DNA from: an uncultured delta proteobacterium
Lineage (GTDB): Bacteria > Myxococcota_A > Polyangia > Polyangiales > Polyangiaceae
DNA: 64,000 nt
Reading direction: 5' to 3'
Assembly (NCBI GenBank): GCA_963850305.1
Contig: CAWKKR010000008.1
Coordinates: 1,312,001 to 1,376,000, forward strand
Shown here: in pieces, positions 60,083-64,000 of the stretch
Numbering within the stretch: position 1 is the stretch's first letter
How the letters are laid out: every line of letters begins with the position of its first letter
The notes under the pieces: generated by a model
Told to the model about the DNA's origin: nothing
Seen by the model: only the letters and a program-made list of their open reading frames with translations
The model's database searches: none
Position numbers and translations under genes: made by a program

Positions 60083-61579
60083 ATGGGCATTCGTATCGAC
60101 ATTGGTTCAGGCGATTTTACGACGGCGCAGTCGGACGTCCTATCTCTGCTGTTGATCGAGGGAGGGTTTCACAAGCAGCGTCCCTTTGCGGAGCTCGACA
60201 GAGCGCTCGGCGGGGCATTGTCGAAACACGTCGAGGCCGTCCAGTTCCGCGGCCGCGCCGACGAGCTGCTCGACGTGCCGACCCTGGGGCGTCTCGGCGC
60301 GACCAGGGTCGTCCTGGTTGGCATCGGTCCGCGACGCGGCTTCGGTCCGCCCCGTCTCCGTGCCGCCGTCGCGACCGCGACGCGCGCCGCCGCTGCCGCA
60401 AAGACCCTGACGCTCGTCCCCAGCGACTTTTTCTCGACGGCAGAGGAAGCACGCGCCATCGCCGAGGGCGTGGGGCTCGGCGCGTATACGTTCACCCGCT
60501 ACTTCACGGGGGATCGACTGCCCAAGCGATCTCTCGAAGCCGTCACCGTCCACCCCTCGCGCGGCCGTGGCACCGCCGCGATGAGAAAGGGGCTCGACAC
60601 GGGTCTCGCCGTTGCAGCAGCCGTCAACCTCGCTCGCGACGCCGTCAACGATCCGCCGAACGTTCTCACGCCCGAGAGCCTTGCCGAGATCGCGCGGAAG
60701 ATCGCTCACGACGGCAAGCTGAAGATCACGGTCCTCGACGAGAAGGGAATCAAGAAGGCGGGCATGAATTTGCATGCCGCCGTCGGTCAGGGGAGCGCGA
60801 ATCCACCCCGCTTCATTCATCTGACTTACGTCCCCCGGAGCCCCAAGGCCAAGCTCGTCTTCGTCGGCAAAGGGCTCACGTTCGACTCGGGAGGCCTCTG
60901 CATCAAGCCTGCGCCGGGAATGGGCGACATGAAGACCGACATGGGCGGCGCTGCGGCGGTACTCGGCTTGCTCGCGGCAGTAGCTGCGCTCCGGCCGAAC
61001 GTCGAAGTGCACGGCATCGTCGGCGCCGCGGAGAACATGCCGGACGGCAACGCGTATCGTCCGGCCGACGTCTTCACGTCGCTCGACGGAAAAACGGTGG
61101 AGATCATCAACACCGACGCCGAGGGTCGTCTCGTGCTGGCCGACGCGCTCGCTTATGCCCGCAAGCTTTCGCCGGAGCTTCTGGTCGACGCCGCCACGCT
61201 CACGGGCGCGTGTCTCGTCGCGCTCGGAAAGTCGTGCTCCGCCTTCTACACGGCCGATGATCGCCTGGCTCGACGCTTCGAGACGGCCGCGTCCCACGCC
61301 GGCGAACACTTCTGGCGAATGCCCTTGCTCGACGACCTGCGCGAGCAGCTCACGAGCGACATTGCGGATCTGAAGCACACCGGAGACCGTTTCGGCGGTT
61401 CGATTTCCGCTGCTCTATTTCTCAAAGAATTCGTGGGCGACACGCCCTGGATTCACTGCGACGTCGCGGGCGCCGTTTACGCCGATCGCGCGAAAGGCCA
61501 ATACCCGAAGGGGGCAACGGGACACCCAGTGTTGACGTTCCTCGCGCTGGTCGAACGGGCGGAGGGTCTCCCTCGCTGA
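60083..61579 (+). CDS. pepA: Leucyl aminopeptidase (M17)
   Basis: VGKGLTFDSGG, MKTDMGG, NTDAEGRL, ATLTGA. Confidence 0.95.
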   Translation: MGIRIDIGSGDFTTAQSDVLSLLLIEGGFHKQRPFAELDRALGGALSKHVEAVQFRGRADELLDVPTLGRLGATRVVLVGIGPRRGFGPPRLRAAVATATRAAAAAKTLTLVPSDFFSTAEEARAIAEGVGLGAYTFTRYFTGDRLPKRSLEAVTVHPSRGRGTAAMRKGLDTGLAVAAAVNLARDAVNDPPNVLTPESLAEIARKIAHDGKLKITVLDEKGIKKAGMNLHAAVGQGSANPPRFIHLTYVPRSPKAKLVFVGKGLTFDSGGLCIKPAPGMGDMKTDMGGAAAVLGLLAAVAALRPNVEVHGIVGAAENMPDGNAYRPADVFTSLDGKTVEIINTDAEGRLVLADALAYARKLSPELLVDAATLTGACLVALGKSCSAFYTADDRLARRFETAASHAGEHFWRMPLLDDLREQLTSDIADLKHTGDRFGGSISAALFLKEFVGDTPWIHCDVAGAVYADRAKGQYPKGATGHPVLTFLALVERAEGLPR

Positions 61580-61613
61580 ACTCGCGCGGCGAGCGGTGGT
61601 ATCGTTTCCGCTC

Positions 61614-62327
61614 ATGTCACCGTCCACGGAGGAGCGGGAGTCCTTCGAGCTCGTTCGGCGAGCCAACATCCTTCTACCCGGCGCTTACGCGTGGGCCGCC
61701 ACCGTCCTCTACCCCGTCGCGGCGCACGGCACTGGCGTGCATGCTCGCGTATCGGCGGCTTTGGCGATGATGCTTCTCCTGTCGGGTGTTGCGGTCGGAA
61801 AGCAGCGGCCGGCGCTTGGGCGCACGCTGGGCCTGCACGGGTTCGTCGCGGCGTGTGTGGCGACATGGCTGCTCGTCGGAACTTCGCTCGCCGTGGATCG
61901 TCTCGATCCCGTCAAGGCCGCCCTGGGGGGGATTGGCTGGGTCGTTTTTGCATTCGGCTGGGGCGCGTCGCGCGAACCCACGCGAGTGCCCGAGGACGAC
62001 CCCCGCGCGCTACCCGGCGCGCCGCTGGCGCCTAAGGGGCATCTGCCCGCGGGAGCCTTCCTGATCTTGGCCGTGGCCATCACCGGCGCCACGCTGCCGA
62101 TCGGCCTTGCGTGGCGTGTCACTCGACCCTCCCACGCGCTGCTCGCGCAGGCCGTTTCCATCGCCTGCGCGGTCGCGCTGATCTCGTCGGGCGCACAGAT
62201 TGCGACCCGTCGCGGGGCATGGATTCGAGTGGAACCTCCGTCCCGACGGCTGGCGCAAGCGGTGTGGTCGTTAATCGCTCTGGTTGCCGTGGTGGCGCTC
62301 GGGCTGGCAGAGCTATTTTCGGGCTGA
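61614..62327 (+). CDS. Hypothetical integral membrane protein
   Basis: Several hydrophobic helices; lies in the pepA operon. Confidence 0.7.
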   Translation: MSPSTEERESFELVRRANILLPGAYAWAATVLYPVAAHGTGVHARVSAALAMMLLLSGVAVGKQRPALGRTLGLHGFVAACVATWLLVGTSLAVDRLDPVKAALGGIGWVVFAFGWGASREPTRVPEDDPRALPGAPLAPKGHLPAGAFLILAVAITGATLPIGLAWRVTRPSHALLAQAVSIACAVALISSGAQIATRRGAWIRVEPPSRRLAQAVWSLIALVAVVALGLAELFSG

Positions 62328-62332
62328 GCGCC

Positions 62333-62515
62333 ATGCGACGGACGATCGACGTTCTCAGTATTGCCCTTCTACTCGGCGCTGTGATGGCGTTCGCGATAGG
62401 CGTGCGAGCGCTCGGCGACGAACACGATCTCGGCGCGCTGTACTGGCTCGTCGCGGGTGCGCTGCTGCTGCGTTCCGCGACGGATCTCTTGCGACCGAAG
62501 CCCGAGAGTCGATGA
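62333..62515 (+). CDS. Small two-TM membrane protein
   Basis: MRRTIDVLSIALLLGAVMAF...LYWLVAGALLLR; ATGA overlap with the next gene. Confidence 0.7.
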   Translation: MRRTIDVLSIALLLGAVMAFAIGVRALGDEHDLGALYWLVAGALLLRSATDLLRPKPESR

Positions 62516-63447
62516 AACCGACACCTATTCCCTGGACGGGCTTCCTCGTGTCGTGCGTCGTCGCCGTCGGCTGCAACGGATCGACCAGGGACGCGGGGCT
62601 CCCGCCCTTGAGCGAGGGTGTCGTAGCCACCGCGGGTCCCGAGCGGATCGACGCCGCGAGCGTCGAACGAGTTGCGACGGACCAGCGCATCACTCCATCG
62701 GTCGCGTTGAATGGCCTCGTCGAAGACGCTTTGCTGGCCATGGCTGCGACGGATCGTCTTGGCGCCGTCGCTCGCCGCCGTGCCGAGAGCAGTGCGCGCG
62801 CCCGGGCGCTGCTCGAAGCCTTCGTGGTCGAGGCCAAGCGGAGAGGCGCGCCGACCGACGCCGAGGTCGAAGTCGCGACGGCGCGACGCTGGTGGGAGCT
62901 CGATCGACCCCCGATGCTCCGCACGACGCACGTGGTCGTTCTCGTGAAGAAACCCGAGGACGATGCCCGGGCACACGCTCTGGCAGATCGCATTGCAGCA
63001 GCCGTTGCGAAGGCCTCCTCGCCGGCCGCGTTCCGAAAAGCTGCTCTTGCCGTCCCAGCAAACGGCCTCGACGTCCGAGTCGAGGATCTCGATCCGGTCG
63101 CGCGCGACGGCAGATCCGTAGATCCCGGCTCGCCGCCTCCGCCTGGATCCCAGACGGCGGAGTATTCGATGAAGTTCGTCCACGCGGCGTTCGCGATTCC
63201 CGGTATCGGACTGGAGAGTCCCGTGACTCGCTCCGAATTCGGTTATCACGTGATCCTCGCCGTCGCGCTCATCCCCGCACACCGCGTGTCGCTCGAGGAG
63301 CGTCGGCGGCTCTTGGCTTCGGAAGTCGTCGCGGCCCGCGAGAGAGACCTCGAGCAGCACGCCCTGGTGGCCGCCAGGGCCAGAGAGCACGTCGACGTCG
63401 AGCGCTCGGCGCTGGAACTCACCGAGCAGGCGAAGGCGGGGGAATGA
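62512..63447 (+). CDS. Parvulin/PpiC-type peptidylprolyl isomerase lipoprotein
   Basis: Lipobox AVGC; RTTHVVV, FVHAAFAI, SPVTRSEFGYHVI. Confidence 0.82.
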   Translation: MKPTPIPWTGFLVSCVVAVGCNGSTRDAGLPPLSEGVVATAGPERIDAASVERVATDQRITPSVALNGLVEDALLAMAATDRLGAVARRRAESSARARALLEAFVVEAKRRGAPTDAEVEVATARRWWELDRPPMLRTTHVVVLVKKPEDDARAHALADRIAAAVAKASSPAAFRKAALAVPANGLDVRVEDLDPVARDGRSVDPGSPPPPGSQTAEYSMKFVHAAFAIPGIGLESPVTRSEFGYHVILAVALIPAHRVSLEERRRLLASEVVAARERDLEQHALVAARAREHVDVERSALELTEQAKAGE

Positions 63448-64000
63448 CTCCTCGGCGCCGCTCGATCGCGGGGCGCGATCAGAGCGCCTCTGTCTTCAGC
63501 GCGGCACTCATGCGCCTTTGCGAATCCGTGGGTGCATTGGGCGCCGCCCTGGTCGACGCCGAGGGTGAAACCGTTGACTACGCGGGCGCCATGGAGCCGT
63601 TCGATATCAAGGTCGCCGCCGCGGAATGGGTCGTCGTGATGTCGCTCCTCCGCGGCTCTGGCATCCCCGCATGGCCCGAAACCGACACGGTAATTCTCCG
63701 CGGATCGAAGAAGAGCTTCTCCGTTCACGCGCTCGTGGACGGCTACTGCATCGTGATCCAGCTCTCGCCGTACGCATTCGCAGTGTCGACGCGGGGCACG
63801 AACGAGGCGATCCGTGAGATCTCGGCCGAGGCCGGGCTTTCGCTTCCAGCCGGGCTGGAGTCACAGCGTGAGCGCTGGTGCCGCGTCGATGTGCGCTGCG
63901 AGTCGCCCCGGTCGCAACGCCCCGCTGCCATCTGGCTCCGGGGCGGATGGTCTCCCCTCGAGATCCTCGGTCACTGGACCAGCGACCTGGGTCCACGCGA
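63444..64000 (+). CDS. Roadblock/LC7 (MglB-like) domain protein, 3'-partial
   Basis: ATGA overlap; hand translation gives LCESVGALGAALVDAEGETVDYAG...IKVAAAEW; runs off the window. Confidence 0.7.
   Translation, partial: MTPRRRSIAGRDQSASVFSAALMRLCESVGALGAALVDAEGETVDYAGAMEPFDIKVAAAEWVVVMSLLRGSGIPAWPETDTVILRGSKKSFSVHALVDGYCIVIQLSPYAFAVSTRGTNEAIREISAEAGLSLPAGLESQRERWCRVDVRCESPRSQRPAAIWLRGGWSPLEILGHWTSDLGPR

Overview
High-GC bacterial chromosome segment, most likely from a myxobacterium (Myxococcota, Polyangiaceae/Sorangiineae-like). This call is inferred from the Ser/Thr kinases, FecR and Cys-rich lipoproteins, TSP3-OmpA protein, FHA-GGDEF protein and roadblock protein. The first ~13.9 kb is accessory-looking: an ECF/FecR cluster, a copper-monooxygenase-like lipoprotein, two toxin-antitoxin-like pairs, several gene remnants, an ECF42 operon with its promoter, and a 21-bp palindromic minisatellite. 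The rest is mostly housekeeping (hpt, comEC, tlyA, ribE-ribB(X)-ribH-nusB, alr, ettA, trpS, fbp/fbaB, pepA). Interspersed are a PETase/cutinase-like lipoprotein, an OM-protein/FecR/Ser-Thr-kinase operon, an MntA-HepT pair and an AT-richer GT-C-type gene. A family of modular hairpin repeats occurs at four sites, always just downstream of a stop codon and always in the same orientation relative to the upstream gene; one site is a 123-bp tandem array. I saw no tRNA, rRNA, CRISPR array, integrase or transposase. Several single-base frameshifts may be assembly errors. All calls come from motif recognition by eye, and start codons are best guesses.
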